A DNA stretch of 37,970 bases, taken from contig JAGXHP010000144.1 of assembly GCA_024636135.1 (NCBI GenBank), forward strand, positions 1 through 37,970, written 5' to 3'. A program made the position numbers and the translations under genes. This DNA comes from Chloroflexota bacterium. Lineage in GTDB: Bacteria; Chloroflexota; Limnocylindria; QHBO01. The notes beneath the pieces were generated by a model. The model did not search any database, had not been told where the DNA came from, and worked only from the letters and a program-made list of their open reading frames with translations. Of this stretch, positions 1-11,111 are shown piece by piece; within the stretch, counting starts at the first letter, position 1, and the number at the start of each line of letters is the position of its first letter.

Positions 1-575
<575 letters not shown>

Positions 576-590
576 GGAGTTCCTTCCTAC

Positions 591-1127
591 CTAGACGGCG
601 GTCAGCCGGGCGCGCAACCGCTCGAGGCGGCTGCGCACGCTTGCGTCATAGAGCCGGTCGCCGATGCGGACGCTCAGGCCCCCGATCAGCGATTCGTCGA
701 CCACTTCGTTCATCTCGATCTTGTCGCCGGTGAGCGACTTCAGCCGTTCGGCGATCGCCGATCGCTGCTCGTCGTCGAGCGGCAACGCGGTGCGGATCTC
801 GGCCAGGCTGATGCCGCGCTCGCGCCGAACGAGCTCGCCGAATCGGTCGACCATCGCGTGGATGGCAGCGGGACGGCCGCGCCGGATCATGAGCAGCGCC
901 AGGCTGAGCGCCTCGGGCACCACGCCCGTGACGACCTTGCGCAGCACCTGCTCCTTCTCGGCGAAGGGTACGGCCGGATGCTCGACCAGGCGCCGAAGCT
1001 CCTCGTCGGCGAGCGTGTCGCGCAGTGTGGCGAGGTCACGCTCCCACGCGTCGAGGTTTCCATCGGCCTTGCCGATCTCGAACGCAGCGTCGGCGTAGCG
1101 CCGGGCGACCGTCTCGCGTCGTGCCAT
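591..1127 (-). CDS. atpH: ATP synthase subunit delta
   Basis: ARRYADAAF N-terminus and VDESLIGGLSVRIGDRLYDASVRSRL C-terminus; lies between atpF and atpA. Confidence 0.96.
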   Translation of the reverse strand: MARRETVARRYADAAFEIGKADGNLDAWERDLATLRDTLADEELRRLVEHPAVPFAEKEQVLRKVVTGVVPEALSLALLMIRRGRPAAIHAMVDRFGELVRRERGISLAEIRTALPLDDEQRSAIAERLKSLTGDKIEMNEVVDESLIGGLSVRIGDRLYDASVRSRLERLRARLTAV

Positions 1128-1130
1128 GGA

Positions 1131-1658
1131 TCAGCTGCGCGCCGACTTCGACGTGGGGCCCGGCTTGACCTCGGCGAGGAACTCCTCGACCAGGCGCCGC
1201 TGGGCCTTGTCGTCCATCTCGTGACGGATCAGCTTCCCGGCGGCCGCCAGCGCCAGCTCCGCGACCTGGCCGCGGATCTCGGCCATGGCCCGATCCTTCT
1301 CGGCCACGATCTCCTCGCGGGCCCGCGTGCTGACCTTCTCGGCCTCCGTGCGTGCCTCGCTGAGAATCTCGTTGCGCGTGTCCTCGGCGATCTTGTTGGC
1401 GCGGGCGATCATCTCGTTCGCCTCCTTGCGCGCCTCGGATACGGCGGCCTCACGCTCGGCACGAGCCAGCTCGCGGTCGCGCGCGGCCGCTTCGGCGTCC
1501 TCCAGCCCCTTGCTGATCTTCTCGCCGCGCTCGTCCAGCCTGGCCATGATCGGCTTGAACATGAACCGGTTGAGCAGGTACAGCAGGATCAGGAAGTTGA
1601 TGACCTGGAAGCCGAGCTTCAGGACATCAACGCTGAAGGCCTCGAAGAATGCGCCCAT
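1131..1658 (-). CDS. atpF: ATP synthase F0 subunit b
   Basis: QVINFLILLYLLNRFMFKPI membrane helix then a long Ala/Glu/Arg coiled coil; GGAGG SD. Confidence 0.96.
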   Translation of the reverse strand: MGAFFEAFSVDVLKLGFQVINFLILLYLLNRFMFKPIMARLDERGEKISKGLEDAEAAARDRELARAEREAAVSEARKEANEMIARANKIAEDTRNEILSEARTEAEKVSTRAREEIVAEKDRAMAEIRGQVAELALAAAGKLIRHEMDDKAQRRLVEEFLAEVKPGPTSKSARS

Positions 1659-1685
1659 GGACTGCCTCCTTGGCTTCGCGCCGGA

Positions 1686-1960
<275 letters not shown>

Positions 1961-2800
1961 CTAGGCTGCCGCGGCTCCTGCCGCGGGTGCATGGTCGGCG
2001 TGGGCCGCATCGGCCTCGCCGTGGTCGTCGTCGTGATCCGTGGTGTGGTGCTCCGCGATGGCGGTTGCGATGTAGGTCATCGCCAGGAGCGCGAAGACGA
2101 GCGCCTGGACGAATCCGAACAGGATCTCGAGGCCCAGGAAGACCGCCGGGATCAGGATCGGGGCGAGGGCGAGCATCGTGGCCAGCAGGACCTCGCCGGC
2201 GAAGACGTTGCCGAAGAGTCGCATGCTCAGGCTGATGAGGCGGCTCAGCTCGCTGATGAGGTTGATCGGGAACATGAGCGGCGCCATGTACAGCGGCTCA
2301 CCCATGAGCTCCTTGAGGTAGCCGCGCGCGCCGTTGGCCTTGATGCCCCAGTAGATGAACATCACGAACGCGACGATCGCCAGACCCAGCGTGAAGTTCA
2401 GGTCGGCGCTGGCCGGCCGCACGATCGGGATGACGGCCTCGTGGCCTGTCGGGTCGATGTGGGTGATCCCGATGGTTCCGACGCCGGGAAGGAGGCCGAT
2501 CCAGTTCGCGATGAGGATGATCAGGAAGAAGCCGAGGATGAGCCCGGCGTACCCGCGCCATCGGCTGCTGGACTCGCTGATGATGCCGGTCAGGAGCTCG
2601 ACGGGCAGCTCGAGCGCGCTCTGCAGCCGTCCGGGAACCAGCGTGGAGCGACGGGTGATGTACCACGCCGCCAGGCCGAGGACGACGGACGTCAGGAGCG
2701 CACCGACCATCGAGTTCGTGAAATGCAGCGGCCCGATGGCGAAGAGCTCCTCCGCCTCGATCGCCACGTGAATCAGGCTCTCGCCCTCTTCTTCCGGCAT
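1961..2800 (-). CDS. atpB: ATP synthase F0 subunit a
   Basis: NWIGLLPG, SADLNFTLGLA, SLSMRLFGNVFAGE (essential Arg), FVQALVF motifs. Confidence 0.97.
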   Translation of the reverse strand: MPEEEGESLIHVAIEAEELFAIGPLHFTNSMVGALLTSVVLGLAAWYITRRSTLVPGRLQSALELPVELLTGIISESSSRWRGYAGLILGFFLIILIANWIGLLPGVGTIGITHIDPTGHEAVIPIVRPASADLNFTLGLAIVAFVMFIYWGIKANGARGYLKELMGEPLYMAPLMFPINLISELSRLISLSMRLFGNVFAGEVLLATMLALAPILIPAVFLGLEILFGFVQALVFALLAMTYIATAIAEHHTTDHDDDHGEADAAHADHAPAAGAAAA

Positions 2801-2807
2801 TCGTCTC

Positions 2808-3062
2808 CTACCGCTTCATTGCGTCGCGTGCGACGTTCCAGATCGTCACCATCGCCGCGCCGATGCCGAGCACCATTCCGATCAGCGTGAAGAGCGGGAT
2901 GGTCTTCAGCCAGTTGTCGAGCAGCAGCCCGCCGCCCAGTCCGATCGCCACCGAGACGCCGAGGCGGATGCCCAGGTCGAGTCCCAGTGCCCAGTTCGGT
3001 GGCCGCGTCGAGGGCGAACCCCCGTCTCCGCGGTCCCCGACCGAATCGGGGTCATCAGTCAT
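2808..3062 (-). CDS. AtpZ/AtpI-like (ATPase gene 1) membrane protein
   Basis: Two hydrophobic helices flanking GLLLDNWLKTIPLFTLIG, the GxxLD...T-P-F pattern of this family; precedes atpB. Confidence 0.85.
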   Translation of the reverse strand: MTDDPDSVGDRGDGGSPSTRPPNWALGLDLGIRLGVSVAIGLGGGLLLDNWLKTIPLFTLIGMVLGIGAAMVTIWNVARDAMKR

Positions 3063-3297
3063 GCCGCTTCACTCCATCGGTGTAGCCCTTCCGCACGCCT
3101 GCGCGGATGAGCAGCCAGATCCCGACGGAGGAGAGCAGCGTTCCCGCCGCCAGCCCGAGCAGCACAAAAAGCGGCGAGGTCCCCATCATCCCGTCAACGA
3201 CGAGTCCGGCGACCGCGCCACCCACCATCGGGAACACCATGATCGCGGTCACCTGACCGAGAATCTTGACGAGCCCCAGCGGCGTCAGTTGTGACAT
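3055..3297 (-). CDS. Second AtpZ/AtpI-like membrane protein
   Basis: GLVVDGMMGTSPLFVLLGL motif, two helices; first gene of the atp operon, overlaps the next gene by 8 nt. Confidence 0.8.
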   Translation of the reverse strand: MSQLTPLGLVKILGQVTAIMVFPMVGGAVAGLVVDGMMGTSPLFVLLGLAAGTLLSSVGIWLLIRAGVRKGYTDGVKRHD

Positions 3298-3331
3298 GTT
3301 CAGGTTCGACTCACAGCGGTCGGACGCCGGG

Positions 3332-3337
3332 AGTATA
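3332..3337 (-). promoter_or_regulatory. Putative -10 element (TATACT) of the atp operon
   Basis: Near-consensus TATACT about 35 nt upstream of the first atp gene in a GC-rich spacer. Confidence 0.6.
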
Positions 3338-3424
3338 CCCGAGAGGGCTCACACGCACGAGTAGGGCCGCGCGACCCGGTGATCTGCACCCCGCGCAAAC
3401 GGCGGTGGCGACCACGGCCGGGCT

Positions 3425-4705
3425 TCAGGCGGGAAGGTCGGCGGCGGCGCGCGTTGCCGGCAGGCCGGGGACGGGGAACCGATCGGTGATCGTCCCGACG
3501 CGACGGCGAATCTCCGCCTGCGCGTCCTCGTCGCCGCGCGCGGCGATGCCATCCACGATGAGCGAGGCGATCTCGCGCATCTCGGCCTCCCGCATGCCGC
3601 GCGACGTGACCGCCGGGGTGCCGACCCGGACTCCCGAGCCGATCATCGGCTTCTCGGGGTCGTAGGGAATGGTGTTCTTGTTCACCGTGATGCGGACCTG
3701 GCCGAGCGCCGCATCGGCCTCCTTGCCGTTCACGCCAAGGGGACGGACGTCGACCAGCATGAGGTGGTTGTCGGTGCCGCCGGAAACGATGGACGCCCCG
3801 GCATCGGCGAGCGAGGCGGCCAGGACGCGGGCGTTGTCGACGGTCGCCTGCTGATCGGCACGGAACTCGGGGCTCATGGCCTCGCGGAAGGCCACCGCCT
3901 TGGCGGCGATGATGTGCATGAGCGGCCCGCCCTGGATGCCGGGGAACACGGCCTTGTCGATGGCCTTGGCGTGCGCATCGCGGCTGAGGATCAGCCCACC
4001 CCGCGGGCCGCGGAGCGTCTTGTGGGTCGTGGTGGTGACCACGTCGGCGTGCGGCACCGGCGAGGGATGAACGCCGGCGGCAACGAGCCCCGCGAAGTGG
4101 GCCATGTCGCACATGTGGAGCGCACCTACCTCGTCGGCAATGGCGCGGAACGCCTCGAAGTCCCACAGGCGCGAGTAGGCGGTGGCGCCGGTCAGAATCA
4201 TCCTCGGCTTGTGCTCTCGGGCCAACTCGCGGACCTCGTCCATGTCGATGCGATGCGTCTCGCGGTCCACGTGGTACGGCACGAAGTTGTAGTACTGGCC
4301 ACTGAAGTTGACGGGACTGCCATGGGTCAGGTGCCCACCCTGGTCGAGGCTCAGGCCGAGCACGGTGTCGCCGCGTTCGAGCAGGGCGTGGAAGACCGCC
4401 ATGTTGGCCTGCGCACCGGCGTGTGGCTGGACGTTGACGTGCTCGGCGCCAAAGAGCTCCCTCGCGCGGTCACGGGCCAGGTTCTCGGCCACGTCGACGA
4501 CCTCGCAGCCACCGTAGTAGCGCCGTCCCGGGTAGCCCTCGGCATACTTTCCGGTGAGGATCGTCCCCATGGCCTGCAGCACGGCAAGCGACGGGTAGTT
4601 CTCCGACGCGATGAGCTCGAGATGGGCGGTGGTGCGCGCCTCTTCGGCGCGTACGACGTCGGCGATCTCGGGATCGGCCGACACGAGCGGCTCCCACAGG
4701 TCCAT
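3425..4705 (-). CDS. glyA: Serine hydroxymethyltransferase
   Basis: [45 protein letters not shown] (PLP lysine), GGTDNHL. Confidence 0.98.
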   Translation of the reverse strand: MDLWEPLVSADPEIADVVRAEEARTTAHLELIASENYPSLAVLQAMGTILTGKYAEGYPGRRYYGGCEVVDVAENLARDRARELFGAEHVNVQPHAGAQANMAVFHALLERGDTVLGLSLDQGGHLTHGSPVNFSGQYYNFVPYHVDRETHRIDMDEVRELAREHKPRMILTGATAYSRLWDFEAFRAIADEVGALHMCDMAHFAGLVAAGVHPSPVPHADVVTTTTHKTLRGPRGGLILSRDAHAKAIDKAVFPGIQGGPLMHIIAAKAVAFREAMSPEFRADQQATVDNARVLAASLADAGASIVSGGTDNHLMLVDVRPLGVNGKEADAALGQVRITVNKNTIPYDPEKPMIGSGVRVGTPAVTSRGMREAEMREIASLIVDGIAARGDEDAQAEIRRRVGTITDRFPVPGLPATRAAADLPA

Positions 4706-4725
4706 GGGGTGAGTGTAGCCTCGCC

Positions 4726-4755
4726 CGGCGCCGTGGGGGGCTCGACACGGCGCCG
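4726..4755. repeat. Perfect 10-bp inverted repeat CGGCGCCGTG-N10-CACGGCGCCG between divergent promoters
   Basis: Seen directly; flanked by TACACT (minus, 4712-4717) and GATAAT (plus, 4755-4760). Confidence 0.8.
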
Positions 4756-4797
4756 ATAATCAGCGACAGCAGACAGCGATCACGCGGAGGGTAGGGA

Positions 4798-5292
4798 ATG
4801 GACCTCTATGCCCTGGTGGTGTTCGTCCACGCGGCAACGGTTCTGATCTTCTTCATGCTCCACGGGACCTCGATGGCCGTCGCGTTCAAGCTCAGGCAGG
4901 AGCGCGAGCCGGCACGGGTGCGCGCCCTGCTCGACGTCTCGCGTTTCGCGCTGGGAGCGCCGACCATCGTCCTGGTCGTCGTCGGGCTGCTCAGCGGGAT
5001 CCTGGCCGGGTTCATGGGCGGCTGGTGGGGCACGCTGTGGATCTGGATCTCGCTCGTCCTGTTCCTCGGGGTGGGAATCGGCATGACGCCGCTGATGACC
5101 TTCCGACTGAATCCGATCCGGGCCGCTGCGGGTCTTGCACGGCCGGACGCGAAGCCCGACGAGGTGGCGCCGCAGGAGGATCCCGAGGAGCTCCAGCGGC
5201 TCATCGCGGCATGGAACCCGATGCCGGGCGCGGTGATCGGGATGACCGCGTTCATCGTGATCCTGTGGCTGATGCTCGAGAAGCCCTTCTGA
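4798..5292 (+). CDS. Four-helix membrane protein (DUF2269-like)
   Basis: VFVHAATV first helix, GWWGTLWIWISL, terminal LMLEKPF; GGAGG SD. Confidence 0.75.
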   Translation: MDLYALVVFVHAATVLIFFMLHGTSMAVAFKLRQEREPARVRALLDVSRFALGAPTIVLVVVGLLSGILAGFMGGWWGTLWIWISLVLFLGVGIGMTPLMTFRLNPIRAAAGLARPDAKPDEVAPQEDPEELQRLIAAWNPMPGAVIGMTAFIVILWLMLEKPF

Positions 5293-5315
5293 CGGCGGAC
5301 AGGGTCAGGGGGCGG

Positions 5316-5735
5316 TCAGCGGCTTGATCGTGTTCTCGACGGGCCGCTCACCTGACTTCGCCCCAGGCCTCCGCGCGGGCCGATACGGAGCTCGGCGCCG
5401 TCGGCGATTCTGCGCGCGCGCTCCTCGGTGATCACGTGGACCGGGACACGAATCCCGTACAGCTCCTCCGCCACCGCCGAGCCGATCTCCAGAATGAGGT
5501 CGGGCTCAGCCAGCAGAAAGGCCGCCGGAGCCGTCCCGGCGCGCACCGATTCGGCGAGGATCGAGGCGGAGGACGACGAACCCTTCCCGGATCGCATGAC
5601 CACGACGCGCCCGGTCACAACGGCTCCGCGCTGCGGATGATGCGGGTCAATCAGACGACCCGTCCCGGGATCCATGCCGCCCCACAGGCTGAGCGGCTCA
5701 TCGAGGACCAGCGCTCGCCCGGTGACGACAGTCAC
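5316..5735 (-). CDS. Aconitase X small (swivel) subunit, DUF126
   Basis: GRALVLDEPLSLWGGMDPGTGRLIDPHHP and GKGSSSSAS motif; GTG start overlaps the large-subunit stop (GTGA). Confidence 0.9.
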   Translation of the reverse strand: MTVVTGRALVLDEPLSLWGGMDPGTGRLIDPHHPQRGAVVTGRVVVMRSGKGSSSSASILAESVRAGTAPAAFLLAEPDLILEIGSAVAEELYGIRVPVHVITEERARRIADGAELRIGPRGGLGRSQVSGPSRTRSSR

Positions 5736-7006
5736 GCACCACCCCACGGCTCAAGGTCGAGCACGACCCGTCCGGCCACCGCCGAACGGATGCACTCGGC
5801 GGTCGAACCGAACACGACCGCGGCGCCGATGTTGCCCGGCGCGTAGTAGGCCCACTTGCCCGAGTCCGTCATCACCGGGCCGCTCGACGCGCGGAGGGTG
5901 GGGGCGACGTAGCTGCAGGTGTCGACCAGCAGCTCGACCCCCGCCTCGCGCAGGCGCTCGGTGATGCCGCGTTCCGCGGCGGTGGCCATGACATCTCGGC
6001 CCGTCGACACGAGGCATTCGACATCGTCATGGACCCTGCGTCCCCCGAGCATCACCGCGTAGCGCTCGAGCTCGGCCAGCGACGCGTGGGGCGTGCCCAG
6101 CGCGACTGCGGCCAGTCGTTCGCCCGATGTGGTGCTCAGCTCGTCGCGCGCCGCTCGGAGGTCGGCGAGACGGATGAGCTCGACGGCCTCGGGCGGGCGC
6201 CGCTGGAGCGCGTCATCCAGGCTGGCAGCCTCGGGAGTCGATCCCGTCACGTGGAACATCGCCACCGATCCCGACGAGGCGGCCGCGGCGCCGAGCGCCT
6301 TCAGGCGGTCCTCGGACTGGCCACGGGCAAGCCCGTCGATGACCGCGACCGAGGAGCCGGCACGCCGGCCGAGCACGATGCCAAGGACGGGGAACAGCAC
6401 GTCCGAATCGCGCAGCGCAGCGGGCACGTCGTCCGCCAGCCGCAGGACGAGCGTCGCGCGGCGCTCCTCGGTGCGGTGCAGCCCGGCGTCGGGAACCCGG
6501 CCGGTGATGGCCGCACCGATGTCGAGGAAGTCGCCATAGCGGTTTGTGCGCGCTCCGAGGACGCTGTTGCAGAAGGCAATGGCGTTGGACTCGCCCCAGG
6601 CGACCTGCGCCCCCAGTGCCGGGCGCGCGTCGACGAGCTGGTACGGCGCGCACGTGTAGGTCGGCCGGGCGCCGAGCGCCCGGTATCGGTTCATGAGCTT
6701 GCGGCCTGCGGTGGCGGTCCGCCGATCACCGCGGTAGAGCTCGGGATGCAGGAGGTCGAGCGCGCCCACGTTGAGCGTGGTCGGAACGCTCACGCGGGCC
6801 TCGCCGTCCGCCAGGCGATCGACGAAGTCCATCGTGGCCTTGCCGTGGTAGAGGCACGAGTCGACGTGCGCTCCCGTGATGTCGATCAGGCGCGCGGCGC
6901 CGGTCGCCTTCGCGGCGCGCACGACGAGCCGCATGGCAAATGCCGTCCCGGCCCCGTGACTGCCCGCCAGCATTTCGCGATCGCGGGAGGTGAGCGACGC
7001 GCTCAG
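5732..7006 (-). CDS. Aconitase X catalytic subunit, DUF521
   Basis: AHVDSCLY, PTTLN, TYTCAPY, AWGESNAIAFCNSVLGARTNRYG, GTPH, DTC, MTDSGKWAYY; start placed at CTG 7006 (SD GAGGAGG, CTGA overlap with rpiB), first ATG is 6973. Confidence 0.9.
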   Translation of the reverse strand: MSASLTSRDREMLAGSHGAGTAFAMRLVVRAAKATGAARLIDITGAHVDSCLYHGKATMDFVDRLADGEARVSVPTTLNVGALDLLHPELYRGDRRTATAGRKLMNRYRALGARPTYTCAPYQLVDARPALGAQVAWGESNAIAFCNSVLGARTNRYGDFLDIGAAITGRVPDAGLHRTEERRATLVLRLADDVPAALRDSDVLFPVLGIVLGRRAGSSVAVIDGLARGQSEDRLKALGAAAASSGSVAMFHVTGSTPEAASLDDALQRRPPEAVELIRLADLRAARDELSTTSGERLAAVALGTPHASLAELERYAVMLGGRRVHDDVECLVSTGRDVMATAAERGITERLREAGVELLVDTCSYVAPTLRASSGPVMTDSGKWAYYAPGNIGAAVVFGSTAECIRSAVAGRVVLDLEPWGGA

Positions 7007-7455
7007 CCCCGTGCCTCCTCGGCCTCGACGCGCGCGATCTTCTCGATGCGCGGGATGTGCCGCCCGCCGGCGAACTCCCCATCGAGGAAGGCACGCACAC
7101 AGGCGCGGGCCACCTCGGTGCCCACGATCCGCGCGCCCATGCTCAGGACGTTGGCATCGTTGTGCTCGCGCCCCAGCCGAGCCGTCACCGGGTCCGCCGC
7201 CTCGACGCAGCGGATGCCGCGCACCTTGTTGGCGACGATCGCCTCACCGGTCCCGCTCCCCCCGAGCACGATGCCGCACTCAAAGTCGCCGCGAGCGACG
7301 GCGCGCGCGACCGGCGCGATGAAATCCGGGTAGTCGACGGGGTCCGAGCTGAACGTGCCGAAGTCGCGGTACTCGACCCGCAGCTCGTCGAGCAGCGTGC
7401 ACAGATCGCCCTTGAGATCGAAGCCGGCATGGTCGGAGCCGATGGCGACGCGCAT
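7003..7455 (-). CDS. rpiB: Ribose-5-phosphate isomerase B
   Basis: IGSDHAGF, DYPD, GGSGTGE (Glu-type active site), ANKVRGIR, REHNDANVL, FAGGRH. Confidence 0.95.
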   Translation of the reverse strand: MRVAIGSDHAGFDLKGDLCTLLDELRVEYRDFGTFSSDPVDYPDFIAPVARAVARGDFECGIVLGGSGTGEAIVANKVRGIRCVEAADPVTARLGREHNDANVLSMGARIVGTEVARACVRAFLDGEFAGGRHIPRIEKIARVEAEEARG

Positions 7456-7505
7456 CGATCGAGTGTAATCGGCGGCGGGCCGGGTGGGCCGCGACCGCCC
7501 GCGCG

Positions 7506-8111
7506 CTAGGTGGCAGCCAGCTCGATGAGGGCTGCGATCTCCGCATGCGAGATCGGTCCCTCGCGCAGGATGCGGGCCGGCGTCACCGACAGGTCCACGA
7601 CGGTCGAGGGGACGCCCCCGGGCACGGCGCCGCCATCGACGACCGCCGGAAGCTCGTCCTGCTGCAGTGCGAAGGCGATGAGGACCTCGTCCGCCGCCAG
7701 CGTGTCCGGCTCGAAGGACCGATTCGCCGACGTGGCGAAGATCGGCCCGGAGCGCCGAATGAGGTCGAGCGTGACCGGGTGGTCCGGCGCGCGGAAGCCC
7801 TGGGTCTCCGCGCCCGCGCCGATGACGAGCGTGAGCCCGCCCGGCCAGAAGCGCTCGGCGAGCGACCGAGCGCGGTCATCGGGTTCCCAACCGGCCTCGA
7901 CGACCTGGTCCAGGTCGGCCACCAGCAGGGCGATCCGCTTGTCGAGCGGCCGATCCTTCAGCGCAAAGAGCGCGACGAGCCGATCCGGGTGGTTGCTCGC
8001 GACGCCCACCCCGTACACCGTGTCCGTGGGAAAGGCGACGACCTGCCCGTCGCCGAGCAGTCGGGCAGCGCGCTCGAGGCCGTCGGGGGTGGGAGGCAGA
8101 ACGTCGGTCAC
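7506..8111 (-). CDS. tsaC: L-threonylcarbamoyladenylate synthase (Sua5/TsaC, short YrdC-domain form)
   Basis: VAFPTDTVYG, KDRP, FWPGGLT, TSANRS, PSTVVD; GTG start at 8111. Confidence 0.93.
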   Translation of the reverse strand: MTDVLPPTPDGLERAARLLGDGQVVAFPTDTVYGVGVASNHPDRLVALFALKDRPLDKRIALLVADLDQVVEAGWEPDDRARSLAERFWPGGLTLVIGAGAETQGFRAPDHPVTLDLIRRSGPIFATSANRSFEPDTLAADEVLIAFALQQDELPAVVDGGAVPGGVPSTVVDLSVTPARILREGPISHAEIAALIELAAT

Positions 8112-8115
8112 CGGT

Positions 8116-9006
8116 TCAGTCTTGCAGGTCGAGGCGCAGAACACGGTCGAGGCCGGCGAGGTCCGGCACGATCCCGACCTTCGCGCCGACGGGACCGAGG
8201 GCGGCGATCTCCGCGGCCTGGCCCACCCCGATCTCCAGGAGGACGGTGGCGTTCCGAGCTGCCCGCGACGGCAGATCGGCGAGCAGCCGGCGCAGCACCG
8301 CGAGCCCATCGGGGCCACCATCCAGCGCGATCCGAGGCTCGAATCCCAGCGCACTCGCTCGGGCGTCGACCTCGTCACTGGCGACGTACGGCAGGTTGGC
8401 GATGACGAGATCCGGCCGCGGCAGGGACGCGCCCGCGGGGTCGAGCAGATCGGCGCAGGCGAGGGTCACGAGGTCGGTTGCCGCGTGATCGACGAGGTTC
8501 TCCGCGGCAAGCTCCAGCGCGTCCGGAGAGAGATCGCTTGCCACGAGCCGGATGCGGCCCAGGCGAATCGCCTGCCGAAACCGGGTCGCGATCGCGAGCG
8601 TCACGGCGCCCGTGCCGGTCGCGACCTCCCATGCGACGATCGGCGCGTCATCGCGTGCCAGCCGTCGCTCGAGCTCGGTGATCGCGGCTTCGGCGAGCAA
8701 CTCCGTCTCGGGACGTGGAATGAGCGCCCGATGATCGGTGCGGATCCGCAGCGACTGCCAGTCACGGAAGCCGCGGATGTAGGCGATCGGCTCGCCGGCG
8801 GCACGCCGGTCCACCACCGCGCGCAGACGAGCGACGACCTCGGGGCCGAGCGACGCCTCCGGGTGGGCGAGCACCCAGGACCGATCGCGTCCGGTGACGT
8901 GCGCGACGAGCACCTCGGCATCGAGCCGCGGGCTGGGCGAGCCGGAGGACCGCAGCCGTTCCGCGGCATCGATCACCGCGATCCCGACCGCGTCAGTCGG
9001 GGGCAT
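8116..9006 (-). CDS. prmC: Release factor glutamine methyltransferase
   Basis: [31 protein letters not shown] motif, [18 protein letters not shown]; follows prfA. Confidence 0.95.
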   Translation of the reverse strand: MPPTDAVGIAVIDAAERLRSSGSPSPRLDAEVLVAHVTGRDRSWVLAHPEASLGPEVVARLRAVVDRRAAGEPIAYIRGFRDWQSLRIRTDHRALIPRPETELLAEAAITELERRLARDDAPIVAWEVATGTGAVTLAIATRFRQAIRLGRIRLVASDLSPDALELAAENLVDHAATDLVTLACADLLDPAGASLPRPDLVIANLPYVASDEVDARASALGFEPRIALDGGPDGLAVLRRLLADLPSRAARNATVLLEIGVGQAAEIAALGPVGAKVGIVPDLAGLDRVLRLDLQD

Positions 9007-10072
9007 CGGCGCCGATCTCCGCCAGTCGCCGGGCCTGGTCCGCCTCAATGAGCGGCTCGATGACGCGATCCAGGTCGCCCTCCAGCAGGCCGGGCAGGCT
9101 GTGCACCGTCAGCCCAATGCGGTGGTCGGTCACCCGATCATCGGGGAAGTTGTAGGTGCGGATCTTCTCGCTCCGCTCGCCGGAGCCGACCTGCGATCGA
9201 CGCTCGTCGCCACGCTCGGCCGCCAGGCGCTCCTGCTCCATCTCGAGGAGGCGGGCACGGAGAACGCTCATCGCCTTGGCGCGGTTCTTGTGCTGACTCT
9301 TCTCGTCCTGGATGGCGACCATGAGGCCCGTCGGCAGGTGGGTGATGCGCACCGCCGAGTCCGTGGTGTTCACCGACTGTCCGCCGGGACCGCTCGACCG
9401 ATAGACATCGATGCGGAGGTCCTTCTCGTCGATCTGGACCTCGACCTCGTCGGCCTCGGGAAGCACGGACACCGTGGCCGTCGACGTGTGGATGCGGCCC
9501 GATGCCTCGGTCACCGGCACGCGCTGAACCCGATGCACACCCGACTCGAACTTCAGCCGCGAGTAGGCGCCATCGCCGCGGACCTCGGCGATGACCTCCT
9601 TGAGGCCGCCGGAGCCACTGTCCGAGGTCGACAGGACCTCGACCTTCCATCGCCGGCGCTCCGCGTAGCGGGCATACATGCGGTAGAGGTCGGCCGCGAA
9701 CAGCGACGCCTCGTCGCCGCCGGTTCCCGCCCGCACCTCGACGATGACGTCGCGATCGTCGTTCGGGTCGCGCGGCACGAGATGAACGCGAAGGTCCTCC
9801 TCGATCGCCTCAGCCCGCGCCGTGAGCCGGTCGATCTCCTCGCGGGCCATCGTCCGCATCTCATCGTCGGGATCGTCGGCCATCGCCCGCGCGCCATCGA
9901 GCTCCTCGCGGACCGAGCGCCACTTGCGCAGCATCGCGACCACGGGCTCGAGCCGGGAGAGCTCGCGACCGAAGTCGGCAAGGGCCGACGGGTTGGCAGC
10001 CGCCTCCGGCGTCGACATCTGGCGGCCGATCTCCTCGTAGCGCGCCTCTAGCTCGGCGAGCCGGTCGATCAT
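8993..10072 (-). CDS. prfA: Peptide chain release factor 1
   Basis: [21 protein letters not shown] (PxT motif), GGQ motif; ATG at 10072 overlaps the upstream stop. Confidence 0.98.
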   Translation of the reverse strand: MIDRLAELEARYEEIGRQMSTPEAAANPSALADFGRELSRLEPVVAMLRKWRSVREELDGARAMADDPDDEMRTMAREEIDRLTARAEAIEEDLRVHLVPRDPNDDRDVIVEVRAGTGGDEASLFAADLYRMYARYAERRRWKVEVLSTSDSGSGGLKEVIAEVRGDGAYSRLKFESGVHRVQRVPVTEASGRIHTSTATVSVLPEADEVEVQIDEKDLRIDVYRSSGPGGQSVNTTDSAVRITHLPTGLMVAIQDEKSQHKNRAKAMSVLRARLLEMEQERLAAERGDERRSQVGSGERSEKIRTYNFPDDRVTDHRIGLTVHSLPGLLEGDLDRVIEPLIEADQARRLAEIGADAPD

Positions 10073-10968
10073 GCTCGTTGGGCGGCGGCAGCCTCGCGGT
10101 CGGAGGCCAGGCACGACTCCAGGCTGGCGATGCTGACCTCGAGCATCGCGCGGTCCGGTGGCCGGGTCGTCAGCGACTGGAGCCACAGCCCGGGCGCGTA
10201 GAACGCGCGGACGAGTGGACTGCCGTAGTTCCGCGCTCCGAACCGCACGAGCTCATACGCAAACCCGGCGATGATCGGCACGAGCACGATCCGAGACAGG
10301 AAGAGGAGCGGCAGGGGCACCCCGGAGCGCGGGACGAGGCTGAAGAAGAAGATGCTGATCACCACCACGATGAGGATGAACGTCGTGCCGCATCGGGTGT
10401 GGGCCGTGCCGAAGGCGTCAACCTCGTCCGGGGTGAGGGGGCGGTCGGCCTCGTAGGCGCTGATCGCCTTGTGCTCGGCCCCGTGATAGGCGAACACGCG
10501 CTTGATGTCGCTCATCATGCCGATGAGGGCGATGTAGGCGATGAAGATCACGAGCCGAATCAGCCCCTCGACCCCGTTGGCGAGGATGTCACTGTCCGTG
10601 GCGCCCTCGGCGAACGTCGAGAGGAACAGGGGCAACAGGAAGAACAGCCCGATGGCGAAGCTCAGGCTGATGATGACGGTCAGGACGATCGTGCCCCGTC
10701 CGAGCTCGATGTCCTCGCCCTCGGCTGCGATGGAGGCGGACCGCATCAGCATCCGGGTCCCGATGACCAGCGTCTCGTACAGCAGGAACATCCCCCGCAG
10801 TAGCGGGATCCTGATGAGCCGACGATCAGCCGACAGCGCGGCCGGCAGCGCCTCGGACATCGTCTGGATCTCGCCCGACGGCGGACGCACGCTCATGGCG
10901 ACCGTTGTTCGGCCGCGCATCATGACCCCCTCGATCAGGGCCTGGCCGCCGTAGAAGAAATCGGGCAT
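10069..10968 (-). CDS. DUF1385 family membrane protein (putative metalloprotease)
   Basis: [47 protein letters not shown]; usual position between rpmE and prfA. Confidence 0.9.
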   Translation of the reverse strand: MPDFFYGGQALIEGVMMRGRTTVAMSVRPPSGEIQTMSEALPAALSADRRLIRIPLLRGMFLLYETLVIGTRMLMRSASIAAEGEDIELGRGTIVLTVIISLSFAIGLFFLLPLFLSTFAEGATDSDILANGVEGLIRLVIFIAYIALIGMMSDIKRVFAYHGAEHKAISAYEADRPLTPDEVDAFGTAHTRCGTTFILIVVVISIFFFSLVPRSGVPLPLLFLSRIVLVPIIAGFAYELVRFGARNYGSPLVRAFYAPGLWLQSLTTRPPDRAMLEVSIASLESCLASDREAAAAQRA

Positions 10969-11068
10969 GCGGAATCGGCGGCGGCCTGAGGGATCGGTCA
11001 CCGCGGCAATGACCAGTGGCCCGGCCGCCATGAGCAGCTCGGGAATGAGGAAGAGCAGGTGGGGCGCA

Positions 11069-11105
11069 AGATGCGCCGGCCACCGGGTCGGGCGCCGGCG
11101 CATCT
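11069..11105 (-). terminator. Hairpin after rpmE (terminator or processing site)
   Basis: Perfect 12-bp inverted repeat AGATGCGCCGGC/GCCGGCGCATCT just after the rpmE stop; no strong U-tract. Confidence 0.55.
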
Positions 11106-11111
11106 GGCCGC

